This document shows positions 25,853 through 36,487 of a DNA stretch of 64,000 nucleotides, piece by piece (within the stretch, counting starts at the first letter, position 1; each line of letters starts with the position of its first letter). The position numbers were made by a program, and so were the translations under genes. Source of the stretch: Malacoraja senta (Eukaryota); NCBI GenBank assembly GCA_038087875.1, contig CM075990.1, positions 12,278,001 to 12,342,000 of the forward strand, in the 5' to 3' direction. Below the pieces are notes generated by a model. It searched no databases, was not told where the DNA came from, and was given only the letters and a program-made list of their open reading frames with translations.

Positions 25853-28277
25853 ACATTCACTCAACATAATGCACTCACACAAATCTGAAGAACAAGAATT
25901 ATCAATTATTTCGCTGGATGCTGAAAAAGCATTTGACCAAGTAGAATGGAATTATATGGATAAAGTATTACAAAAATTCCAACTGGGAGAGAATTTTATT
26001 CTATGGATTAAATTATTATATAATAAACCTACAGCTAGAATACTAACTAATAACATATTATCCTCGAAATTCCAACTATCAAGGGGAAATAGACAAGGAT
26101 GCTCATTATCACCACAGTTGTTTGCTCTTATTATTGAACCGCTAGCAGAAAAAATTAGAATACATCCTGATATCCATGGGTATAATACTAAAGATTCAAA
26201 TAATAAAATATCTTTATACGCGGATGATATATTACTGTACATTACAAAACCTCAAATCACTATACCAAATATATTAAATTTAATTGAAGACTTTGGATCT
26301 TTTTCTGGATACAGAATAAATTGGAATAAAAGTGAAATTATGTCAATAAAACCGAAAGATTCAACACATCTTTTAAAATTCCCTTTTAAAATAGCTACAG
26401 AAAAATTTAAATACTTGGGAATCGAAATTACTAGAACATATCAAGGTATGTTTAAAGCAAATTTTGATCCCCTACTCAATAAATTAAACACACTAATTAA
26501 ATTTTGGAAAACGCTCCCGATGTCTTTAATAGGCCGAATAAATGCAATAAAAATGATCTTTCTACCACAAATTTTATACCTATTTCAATCGATTCCTATA
26601 TACTTACCAAAGAAGTTTTTTTTTAAACTGGACTCAGATATCACTAATTTTATATGGGACTATAAATCACATAGAATACAAAAAACTCACTTGAATAAAC
26701 CTAAAGTATTAGGGGGTTTAGCACTACCTAATTTCATGCATTATTATTGGTCAGTAAATATTAAAAATATGATTCAACTGATGGATAACTCTGCCCAGCA
26801 AGTGGACTGGATTGTAATGGAGAGAGAGGATTGCTCCTCTGGAAACATTGGAGCGATCCTCCTCTCACCAATGGAACTGAATAACATAAATTATAATAAG
26901 AACCCAATTATACATAACACAATCTGAATTTGGAAACAAATAAAACAAAATTTAAAATTAAGAAATGTATCACTTTTATCTCCCATAGTTAATAATCCTT
27001 CGTTTAATCCCTCTATTATAGATAAAGCTTTTACACAATGGGATAGACTAGGAATTAAAACGCTTGGTGACTTGTATGAAACTGGAAAATTACTTTCATT
27101 TCAACAATTACAAATAAAATATAAACTCGGAAATATTTTAAATATTTTCAAATATGCGACTATTTGAAAAAATATACAAAAGATCATTATAATAGCCCAG
27201 CAGATGTATTGGATGAGGCAATGCAGATAAAAGCTGAATCAGCAAACTTAATATCATATTTGTATAATATTATCTTAAATGTAGAAATACCATCTACGGA
27301 GGGTATCAGAAGAGACTGGGAACAAGAATTAGCTATTAAAATTTCAAAGGAAAGGTGGAATGAACACTTATTAAACGTGCATAAATGTTCGATTAATGTA
27401 AGACACACTTTAATACAATTTAAAATTTTACATATATTATATTATTCCAAAACTAAATTCCATAAAATTTTCCCATATGTATCATCAAACTGTGATAAAT
27501 GTCAATCCCAAGAAGCTACCATAGCGCACTCATTTGTTTTCTGTACAAAAATTCAAAAATTTTGGATTGAAATTTTTGAAATCTTTATAAAATTATTTAA
27601 AATAAAACTGATATTCAAAGCAGAATGGATTATCTTCGGAATAACGGAAGATGGTCCAGAACTAAATGTGTTCCAAAAGAAACTAATAGACTATGGGTTA
27701 ATAACTGGACAAAAGCTAATCCTAACATTTTGGAAAAAGGCTCCAATACCAACTATAAACATGTGGATTTCAAATATGTTCGAAACATTACACCTAGAAG
27801 AGATAAGACTCCTCCTGGCAGGTAAACCAGATCACTTCCACCTGACGTGGTCTGCATTTATAGAATTATTACAAATATAGGGTGCAAAAGTACCTTAAAA
27901 AAAAACCTGAGGTCAGGTAAGGGGGGATGAAAGTTGGAGAGTTGGTATGTCCCATTTGCGTGATGCTTACAAAAACTATTTCTTTTTCTCTTTTCCCTCT
28001 TTCTCTTTCTTCTTCTTTTCTAGGGTCTATTTCTTAACTCTTTTTCTTTTGTTTTTAATTTCGTTCTTATAGGGTCTTCGTTCTTTCTTGTCGTCACGTT
28101 TTTTACACTTTCACCTTTTCCTTCACTTTCTTCTTTCTCTCAATCTCATCCTTTCCCTTTACTAGTGTAAAAAACAAACGGAGTACATTAATTGTAAGAA
28201 GATATATGTGACGAGTACTAATGTATGTGGTTGTAATGTAATGTACTTCTAATAAATAATTTAAAAAAATTAAAAAA
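25853..28277 (+). mobile_element. L1-clade LINE, 5'-truncated ORF2 (RT plus C-terminal zinc knuckle), 3' UTR and A-tail
   Basis: SLDAEKAFD, RGNRQGCSLSP.LF, SLYADDILLY, CDKC..EATIAH.F..C; pyrimidine-rich UTR; AATAAA at 28251 then A-rich tail; 12-bp TSD AGATTGTTCACC at 25841-25852 and 28278-28289; internal TGA at 26925 and a later frameshift. Confidence 0.95.
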
Positions 28278-28903
28278 AGATTGTTCACCGCAATCGTCAC
28301 CCAGTCTTAGCTCCCGGATCGGGTCATTACTAGGGTCAAATATCCAGTCGCTTCAGAGACCACTGTGAATACCAGAACACTGTATGCAACACACTTTCCC
28401 TAAGAAGTGAACTGTGGACCGGATGACCCATTAGTAATCATCTCCTCTCCTCATAATGACTCTGGCATCTGTTATTCTCAGCAGTGTCCCATCCAAGGCC
28501 TGTTGAGATTGTAAGATCAGCCAGCATCAGGTATTTCCAGCCCATTTCTAACTTCTTGACTCTCAATCCTTTTTCTCGCCTTGTGATCTGATAATAGTAG
28601 ATCATTCCATCAATGTTGAATTGATTGCTCCTTTCATCCTCATTTTATTCATTCTAGTAAATGATCACTTCATTCTCGAGGAGAGACTGGAGTCAATCCA
28701 GATCAATCAGCTAATATCTCCACTGATCTGGGTCCCTTTCCCGACAGCAGTGTTGGGTGACTTGAAACATTTGTCTTTTTTTGTGAGAATTTGTTCCAAC
28801 ATCTTATTGGAGAGTAAAAGAGACAAAGATCTTTTTTGGTTGAGCCTGATGTGATAGTTCTGAAATGTGTCCTTTTTCCTTCCCCTGACAATGTTAACAC
28901 TCT

Positions 28904-29223
28904 GTTTAAAAAAGAACTGCAGATGCTGGTAAATCGAAGGTAGACACAAAATGCTGGAGTAACTCAGCGGGTGAGGCAGCATCTATGGAGAGAAGGAATG
29001 GGCGGTGTTTCGGGTCGAGACCCTTCTTCAGTCTGATGTCAGGGGAGGGGGCGGGACAAGGAAAGAATGTAGGCGGAGACAGTAATGTAGGCGGGACATT
29101 CTTTCCTTGTCCCGCCCCCTCCCCTGACATCAGTCTGAAGAAGGGTCTAGAAACATCGCCAATTCCTTCTCCCCGTAGATGCTGCCTCACCCGCTGAGTT
29201 ACTCCAGCATTTTGTGTCTACCG
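28904..29223. mobile_element. Palindromic Penelope-terminus insert with 13-bp TSD
   Basis: Inverted arms of about 130 bp; ATGTTAACACTCT at 28891-28903 and 29224-29236. Confidence 0.9.
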
Positions 29224-29315
29224 ATGTTAACACTCTCTGATCCCGAGTTACATGTTCAATTTGTGGCGTTGGGGGTGAAGCTGGGTTAGACAATGACCAC
29301 ACTGACACTTGCAGT

Positions 29316-29545
29316 AGTTTGAGTTTAGTTTATTGTCACGTGTACCGAGGTACAGTGAAAAGCTTTTGTTGCGTGCTAACCAGTCAGCGGAAAGACAATA
29401 CATGATTACAATCGAGCCATTCACAGTGTACAGATACATGATAAAGGGAATAACATGCATAACGTTTTGTGCCAGATAAAGCAAGTAAAGTCTGATCAAA
29501 GATAGTCCGAGGATCTCCAATGAGGTAGATAATAGTTCAGGACTA
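29316..29545 (-). mobile_element. LINE 3' UTR (probably Rex/Babar-type); related pieces near 19432-19510, 47330-47532 (+) and 62722-63010
   Basis: Shared TTTATTGTCACGTGTACCGAGGTACAGTGAAAAGC...CAATACATGATTAC. Confidence 0.6.
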
Positions 29546-29549
29546 CTTG

Positions 29550-29885
29550 GTATGTGGAGAGGATGTTTCCACTAGTGGGAGAGTCTAGGACAAGAGGTCA
29601 TAGCCTCAGAATTGGAAGACATTCTTTTAGGAAGGAGATGAGGAGAAATTTCTTTAGTCGGAGGGTTGTAAATATGTGGAAATATTTGCCACAGTAGGCT
29701 GTGGAGGCCAAGTCAGTGGATAGTTTTAAGGCAGAGATAGATAGATTCTTGATTAGTACAGGTTTCAGAGGTTATGGAGAGAAGGCAGGAGAATGGGGTT
29801 AAGAGGGAAGATAGAACAGTCATGATTGAAAGGCGGAGTAGACTCGATGGGCCGAATGGCCTAATTCTACTCCTATCACTTATGT
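29550..29885 (+). mobile_element. CR1 3' fragment
   Basis: CR1 C-terminal and tail motifs. Confidence 0.8.
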
Positions 29886-30117
29886 CTTAGGAAGACAGCT
29901 CTCTAGTTGTTGGTAGGATGGTTCAGCTATCTGATAACAATGGGGTGAATTCACATGACATGGTTTATTTATCGTGACAAGTTGGTCATGGACCACATGG
30001 GGATGCTGTCAGGGTGCATGTGAGGTGACACTGGCAATCTCTGTCTTGTCACGTCAGCTCAGTCCTGGTCTTGAAGGCGGAGGCACAATAATCTCAGGCA
30101 TTGCGCCTGAGATTATT

Positions 30118-31107
30118 TGTTTGTTTGTCATGTACATCAATGATCTGGATGATGGTGTGGAAAATTGGATTAGTAAGTATGCAGATGATACTAAGATAGG
30201 TGGTGTTGTGGATAATGAAGTAGATTTTCAAAGTCTACAGAGAGATTTAGGCCATTTGGAAGAGTGGGCTGAAAGATGGCAGATGGAGTTTAATGCTGAT
30301 AAATGTGAGGTGCTACATCTCGGCAGGACAAATCAAAATAGGACGTACATGGTAAATGGTAGCGAATTGAGGAATGCAGTTGAACAGAGGGATCTAGGAA
30401 TAACTGTAATAGTTCCCTGAAGGTGGAATCTCATGTAGATAGGGTGGTAAAGAAAGCTTTTGGTGTGCTGGCCTTTATAAATCAGAGCATTGAATATAGA
30501 AGTTGGGATGTAATGTTAAGATTATACAAGGCATTGGTGAGGCCAATTCTGGAGTATGCAGTACAATTTTGGTCGCCTAATTATAGGAAGGATGTCAACA
30601 AAATAGAGAGAGTACAGAGGAGATTTACTAGAATGTTGCCTGGGTTTCAGCAACTAAGTTACAGAGAAAGGTTGAACAAGTTAGGTCTTTATTCTTTGGA
30701 GCGCAGAAGGTTAAGGGGGGACTTGATAGAGGTCTTTAAAATGATGAGCGGGTTAGACAGAGTTGACGTGGATAAGCTGAGAGTAGGGAAGATTCAAACA
30801 AGGGGACATGACTTGAGAATTAAGGGACAGAAGTTTAGGGGTAACATTAGGGGGAACTTCTTTACTCAGAGAGTGGTAGCTGTGTGGAATGAGCTTCCAG
30901 TGGAAGTGGTGGAGGCAGGTTCGATTTTATCCTTTAAAAATAGATTGGATGGGTATATGGACGGGAAAGGAATGGAGGGTTATGGTCTGAGTGCAGGTAG
31001 ATGGGACTAGGGGGAAGTAAGAAGAAAGAAGGGGAAAAAAAAAAAAGTGTTCGGCACGGACTTGAAGGGCCGAGATGGCCTGTTTCCGTGCTGTAATGGT
31101 TATATGG
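30118..31107 (+). mobile_element. CR1 LINE (second subfamily), 5'-truncated ORF2
   Basis: YINDLDDG, SKYADDTKIGG, WQMEFNADKC, LVRPILEYAVQFWSP, LERRRLRGDLIE; tail GGCCTGTTTCCGTGCTGTA. Confidence 0.95.
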
Positions 31108-32361
31108 TGATCTCTCTCCAGTTCTCACTTGCCTCGAGAGGTGGCACTGGTTGTCTTAGGCCTGTCCTGGCAGCTCAGCTTTGATCTTGAAGAGGCTGCT
31201 CTGGTGATCTCAGGCTTATCCTGGCAACTCAGTCTTTGCCTCTGTGTGTGGGCACAGTCCCTTGCTGTCTTTGGGAGGCGAGAGACACTGGCGTCTCAGG
31301 CTCGCCCCGGCACTCAGTTGTGGCCTCAGAGGAGACTAAAGCATTTCCCGGCAGCTCGATTTTGACTTCAGTGGCACCGGTGGCTCTCGGGTTTGACCCG
31401 GTGGCTCAGTCTTCCTCCGAACCTGCAACGGGAGATGACTACCGCCTATACAGCCACCCGCCTATATGCAACTCCTTTCTCCAGCTTTCAACAGATTCTT
31501 ACTGAGCTTCTGAGAAGACCTGTGGCTCTCAATCTGCCAGAACATTGAGGCAAGATTCATAGAATCATACAGTGCGGGAGCAGGCCCTTCGCCCCAACTT
31601 GCCCATACCGACCGACATGGCCCAGCTACACTTGGCCCACAACCCTCTGAACCCATCCCATCCATGTATATGTCTAATTGCTTCTTAAACTTTGCAAACC
31701 TACAACTAGAAGGGAGATGCCCCACGATTGCATCCTGTCTCTCCTGCATCTCCTTTCTGGCTGGAACACCTGGGTTTATAAGGAGGAGGCTGACGAGGTT
31801 CGGGTGGGCCTGTCCAACAGCAGCTAATTGGACACAGCTGCTAGTTATTTAGCTGCTCAGTAGTGCGGAGGTTTGGCTGCTCCTGGATCGTCGGCTGGTG
31901 ACAGCGATCACAGCAGCAACCAAGGCAGGGCGCGCTGGCACACGTTCTTCATTCCTCCGCCTTCTCCAGCTCCGTGACAGCAAGGTTGGTCACCCGATGA
32001 CATGACTGTGGAAGGAACGTTGTTGTCTGACTGAACTTTGTTTGAACTGAGTGAACATTAGCAAAATGTTAGCCAGGTGGGCTAAATTACCTGTGGTGGT
32101 GGGTGTATGGAACAAGCTGCCAGAGGCAGGGACTATCGAATCAATTATACTGGTACGTGGATAGGACAGGTTTAGAGGGATGTGGGCCAAATGCAGGCAG
32201 GTGGGACTAGTATAGCTGGGACATGTTGGCCGGTGTGGACAAGTTGGGCTGAAGGGCCTGTTTCCACGCTCAATGACTCTTTGCCTAAAAATCCAGTGTT
32301 AGTTATTGGACTTTTGTGTTCTATCAATATTAATGTTGTTTTTCAATGTTCTTTTCCTCAG

Positions 32362-32426
32362 GCAACAGATAATGACATTGGAAGCTATGGAGACATCCTT
32401 TATTTCTTCAGTGACGACTCTGACAG
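32362..32426 (+). CDS. CDH23: Cadherin-23 coding exon (EC5; about human exon 15), 65 bp
   Basis: Polypyrimidine tract plus AG at 32360-32361, GT at 32427. Encodes ATDNDIGSYGDILYFFSDDSD(R), versus recalled human CDH23 ATDNDAGTFGEVSYFFSDDPDR; contains the AxDxD Ca2+ motif. Confidence 0.93.
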
Positions 32427-34574
32427 GTAGGACTCAGCTCTTGGTAGTAAGCATTTCTGAACGTTTACCTATATACACTGATGGTTATGAACTATTTGCT
32501 GAAAGGTGTGATGCATGAAGTCTGGTAAATCTCCCGCAAAGCTTCAAAACATCTGCTGAGGAAATGTTGCGTTTGGATTTAATCGACGGGATTTGGTATC
32601 TCATCCCCTCCTGGTCAAGACGTGGTGAATATTTGTAACACCTGACCCATATGTGGTCGTCAGCCTCCCGCCTATATGCAACTCCTTTCTCCAGCTTTCA
32701 ACAGATTCTTACTGAGCTTCTGAGAAGACCTGTGGCTCTCAATCTGCCAGAACATTGAGGCAAGATTCATAGAATCATACGGTGCGGGAACAGGCCCTTA
32801 GGCCCAACTTGCCCATACCGACCGACATGTCCCAGCTACACTTGCCAGCATTTGGCCCACATCCCTCTAAACCCATCCCATCCATGTATCTGTCTAATTG
32901 CTTCTTAAACTTTGCAATAGTTCCTCCCTCAGCTGCCAAAGAGATTATGATTTTAGTCAGAGAGACATTGAGCGATGGAGCTCTACAGCATGGAAACTGG
33001 CCCATCAACCCAACCACGTTGAAATTCTATTGTGGTTATTAACAATTCATTTTTGTTTGCTATATATCATCTATGTGTACTGTGTTTACAGGCCTGTTAT
33101 GCTGCTGCAAGTAGGAATTTCATTGTTCCGTTGCCAGTGTATATGATTTATTAAACACTCTTGACACCCCTCGCACCCTCCGATCCATATATCTGTCCAA
33201 AAGTCTTTTGATAGTCATAATTTTATCAGCTTCCCCAGCTTCTACTGGTGGCTCATACAGACTGCCCTCAGAGTGAAAACATTGTTGCCGAGGTCCCTAT
33301 TAAATCTCTCCTCTTTTACCTTGAGCCCACAGCCTCCAGTTTTAAAACCCTCCACCCTGCGAAAAAATGACTCTGAACGTTCACTGTTCTGTCTAAGGCA
33401 GTCGGCAGTCGGCAGGTTTATGCAAGTCCTAAAGAGATCATATTGTTGGAAATTGTACCCTAAGGTTGTGCCATCAGTGCCTCTAGATTGCCTGTTAGGG
33501 AGAATACAAAAGATCTGGTACATTCTTGGAAGAAGAGCAAGATGTTAGTTATCCTGGGGTTCTGGCCAACTGCTGCAAGAAATGATCGTCCCTATGTTGT
33601 TGCTCCATGCAAATGGACTGCCAGGTTTGTTTCTGTAAGCAAGAGTGACTCCATTTTGAGTAGTGATTCTTTGTTAATCAAAGTGCTTTAAAAGATCCTG
33701 AGAAAGTAATAAAGTATTACTGTATATAAATACATGTACTTCTTCTAATGAACGAAGAGCATTTATTAAATGGTCTTTGAGGGCGATTTCTTTTCTTTTT
33801 CTTTTCATCTATTTTGTGTCCTGTAGAGGGTTTTGTATGTTTGTTTTTAGTGAGACATCTTCAACCAAACTTCAATACAAGTGGCATCTGAAATTATTTT
33901 AAAACAGGCAATATAAAAGCATCCCCAGTTGCTAAAATGCAAAAAACAAAATCAATTTAATTTCACTTTGAAATGAGTACTTAAGAAAAAGGCACTTGGG
34001 CTTTTGATTCCTTGGATATGGAAGAAGGATATTGCAGGGTATAGTGTCTCCAGCTGTACGATCCTGCTATCACAGAGTTGTTTTGTTCCCATTGAAACCA
34101 GACGCAACGGCAGGCCGAGTAGAGATGCTGTCAGTGTGGAGTTTGCACGGTCTCCCTGCGACTCTGTGGCTTTTCCCCTGGTGCTCCAGTTTCCTCCCAC
34201 ATCACGAAAACCTGGATTGACGGGTTAATTGACAACGGTGGTTGACCCTAGTGTGATGATAAGTCGAAGGATCTGAGGAGAAGTTGATGGGAATGTGTGT
34301 GGTGTTCCATGGCTACCTCAGCAATGGAACACTATTGCCTACATCTTCCACTAGCATGGACTTGTTTTTCTAATTACGTTTTTCATGAGTCTTGTTTTTT
34401 CGCAGTCTTTTTCTATTAAATGTCTGGTATAATATACGTCTTGGTGTGTTGTCTAAGTTGATGTGCCCGTGATGCTGCTGCAAGGAAGATTTCCATTGAC
34501 CTCACCGTAATTGTGCACATGGCAATAAGCTCACATAGACTTGAGTAAAATAGGCAATTAATGCAACAATGAAT

Positions 34575-34995
34575 GCTCACTAGAATTTAGGAGATTGAGA
34601 GGGGATCTTATAGAAACGTACAAAATTCTTATGGGGTTGGACTGGCTAGATGCAGGAAGATTGTTCCCGATGTTGGGGAAGTCCAGGACAAGGGGTCACA
34701 GCTTAAGGATAAGGGGGAAATCCTTTAAGACCGAGATGAGGAAAAACATTTTCACACAGAGAGTGGTGAATCTCTGGAACTCCCTGCCACAGAGGGTAGT
34801 TGAGGCCAGTTCATTGGCTATATTTAAGAGGGAGTTAGATGTGGCCCTTGTGGCTAAGGGGATCAGGGGGTATGGAGAGAAGGCAGGTACGGGATACTGA
34901 GTTGGATGATCAGCCATGATCATATTGAATGGTGGTCCAGGCTCGAAGGGCCGAATGGCCTACTCCTGCACCTTTTTTCTATGTATCTATGTATG
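34575..34995 (+). mobile_element. CR1 3' fragment (similar copies at 46880-47100 and 48565-48810 on +; 60303-60550, 61665-61843 and 63660-63950 on -)
   Basis: RGDLIETYKI...FTQRVVNLWNSLP...GYGEKAGTGY* followed by the tail and (TTTCTATG)n. Confidence 0.9.
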
Positions 34996-36074
34996 CTGTG
35001 GGCTCCATGAGTAGATGAGCTTGTATTTCTATGACTCCAGATACCGGGCAGTATCCAGTGAGTGTTCCCAGTGGAAATGGGTGGGAGCCACATCAATATA
35101 GCCTGCTGCCACTATCCAACTACACATGGGAATGCGTAGGAAAGAAGTGCAGATAATAATAATAATAATAATACATTTGTATAGCACATTTAAAAACAAC
35201 TCATGTTGACCAACGTGCTTTACATCAGTGCAGGTACTAATTTGATACATACAACGGTAGACAGACCTAACAATACATACATAAACTGTTTACAGCGCTC
35301 CCTCAGAGGGGCTCAAAAACGTTAGGGAGTAGAAATAGGTTTTGAGTCGTGACTTAAAGGAGTCGATGGTGGGGGTAGTTCTGATGAGGAGCGGGATGCT
35401 GGTTTACACCAATGACAGACCCATAGAAGGAATGGGTGACGTTTCGGATCGAGACCCTTCTTCAGACTGGTGCACACAAGGGTAAACCTTTGACAGCAGC
35501 TTCCATTCATGGAACAATAGCCAGGACCTTACCCCAGGTGCTGACATTGCCAGGGGAGAGATATTCAACAGTGCGAGTAGCAAGACCCAAACGTTGAGCA
35601 ACTGTCAACAATCGAGAATTTATTTCCAATTATAAAATTTGGCGAAACCTCTACACATGGGTGATTCAAGAAAAATATGAGGTCAAAATATCAAATAGAA
35701 TTAGAATGGACAGTTCCTTCTTAAATATTGTGCATACAAATTCTTGTTTTGCAAATTGTAATATGTGTCATCGTTTATACATTTCTAGCATTGTGCAAAT
35801 GTACTTCCTTGTTTCTTCAGCACTTCACATAGACTGGGGTCCGGTAATATAATAAAGCACGTCAATTATAGTGTAATGTGGAAATAATGAAAAAAACAAT
35901 TTTATTCAAATCCACATTTGCGCAGAACACATTGTGAAACACATAGTTAATTTATTTTACTGTGAGGATATTGCACACGCATCACATTTCATTAGATTGT
36001 TGCCCATATATTTAAATATGTTGTGCTGTAAAGTATTGTCATTGATCTTACTCCACGGCTGTCTTCTAACATTT

Positions 36075-36487
36075 AGCACCAGATCGGCGGGCATGTGTTC
36101 GATCCCGACTACGGGCGCTGACTGTACGGAGTTTGTACGTTCTCCCTGTGACCGCGTGGATTTACTCCGAGATCTTTGGTTTCGCCCCACGCTTCAAAGA
36201 CGTACAAGTTTGTAGGTTAATTGGCTTGGTATAAATGTAAATTAGCCCTAGTAGACACATAACGCTGGAACGCTGTAACTCAGCGGGACAGGCAGCATCT
36301 CTGGAGAGAAGGAATGGGTGACGTTTCGGGTCGAGACCCTTCTTCAGTAAATTAGTGACTTAGTAATTTAGTAAATTAGCCCTAGAGTATATAAATTAGT
36401 GTAAGCATGCGGGGATCGCTGGTCGGCGCAGACTCGGTGGGCCGAAGGGCCTGTTTCCGCTCTGTATCTCTAAACAAAACTAAACAA
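36075..36487 (+). mobile_element. V-SINE with a nested Penelope-terminus piece (about 36250-36347)
   Basis: SINE body interrupted; TAAATTAGCCCTAG duplicated around the insert. Confidence 0.8.

Noticed and set aside
28290..29315. About 90-codon - strand frame restored after removing the 28904-29223 insert; possible nested gene
   Set aside because: No recognisable motif, start or splice context, and neighbouring frames are full of stops.
1..32361. Expected preceding CDH23 exon (LFANE...INENDNRPIF...VLTVL)
   Set aside because: Not found by eye or in the ORF track. It probably lies upstream of the window, but a TBLASTN with a CDH23 ortholog is needed to exclude it.
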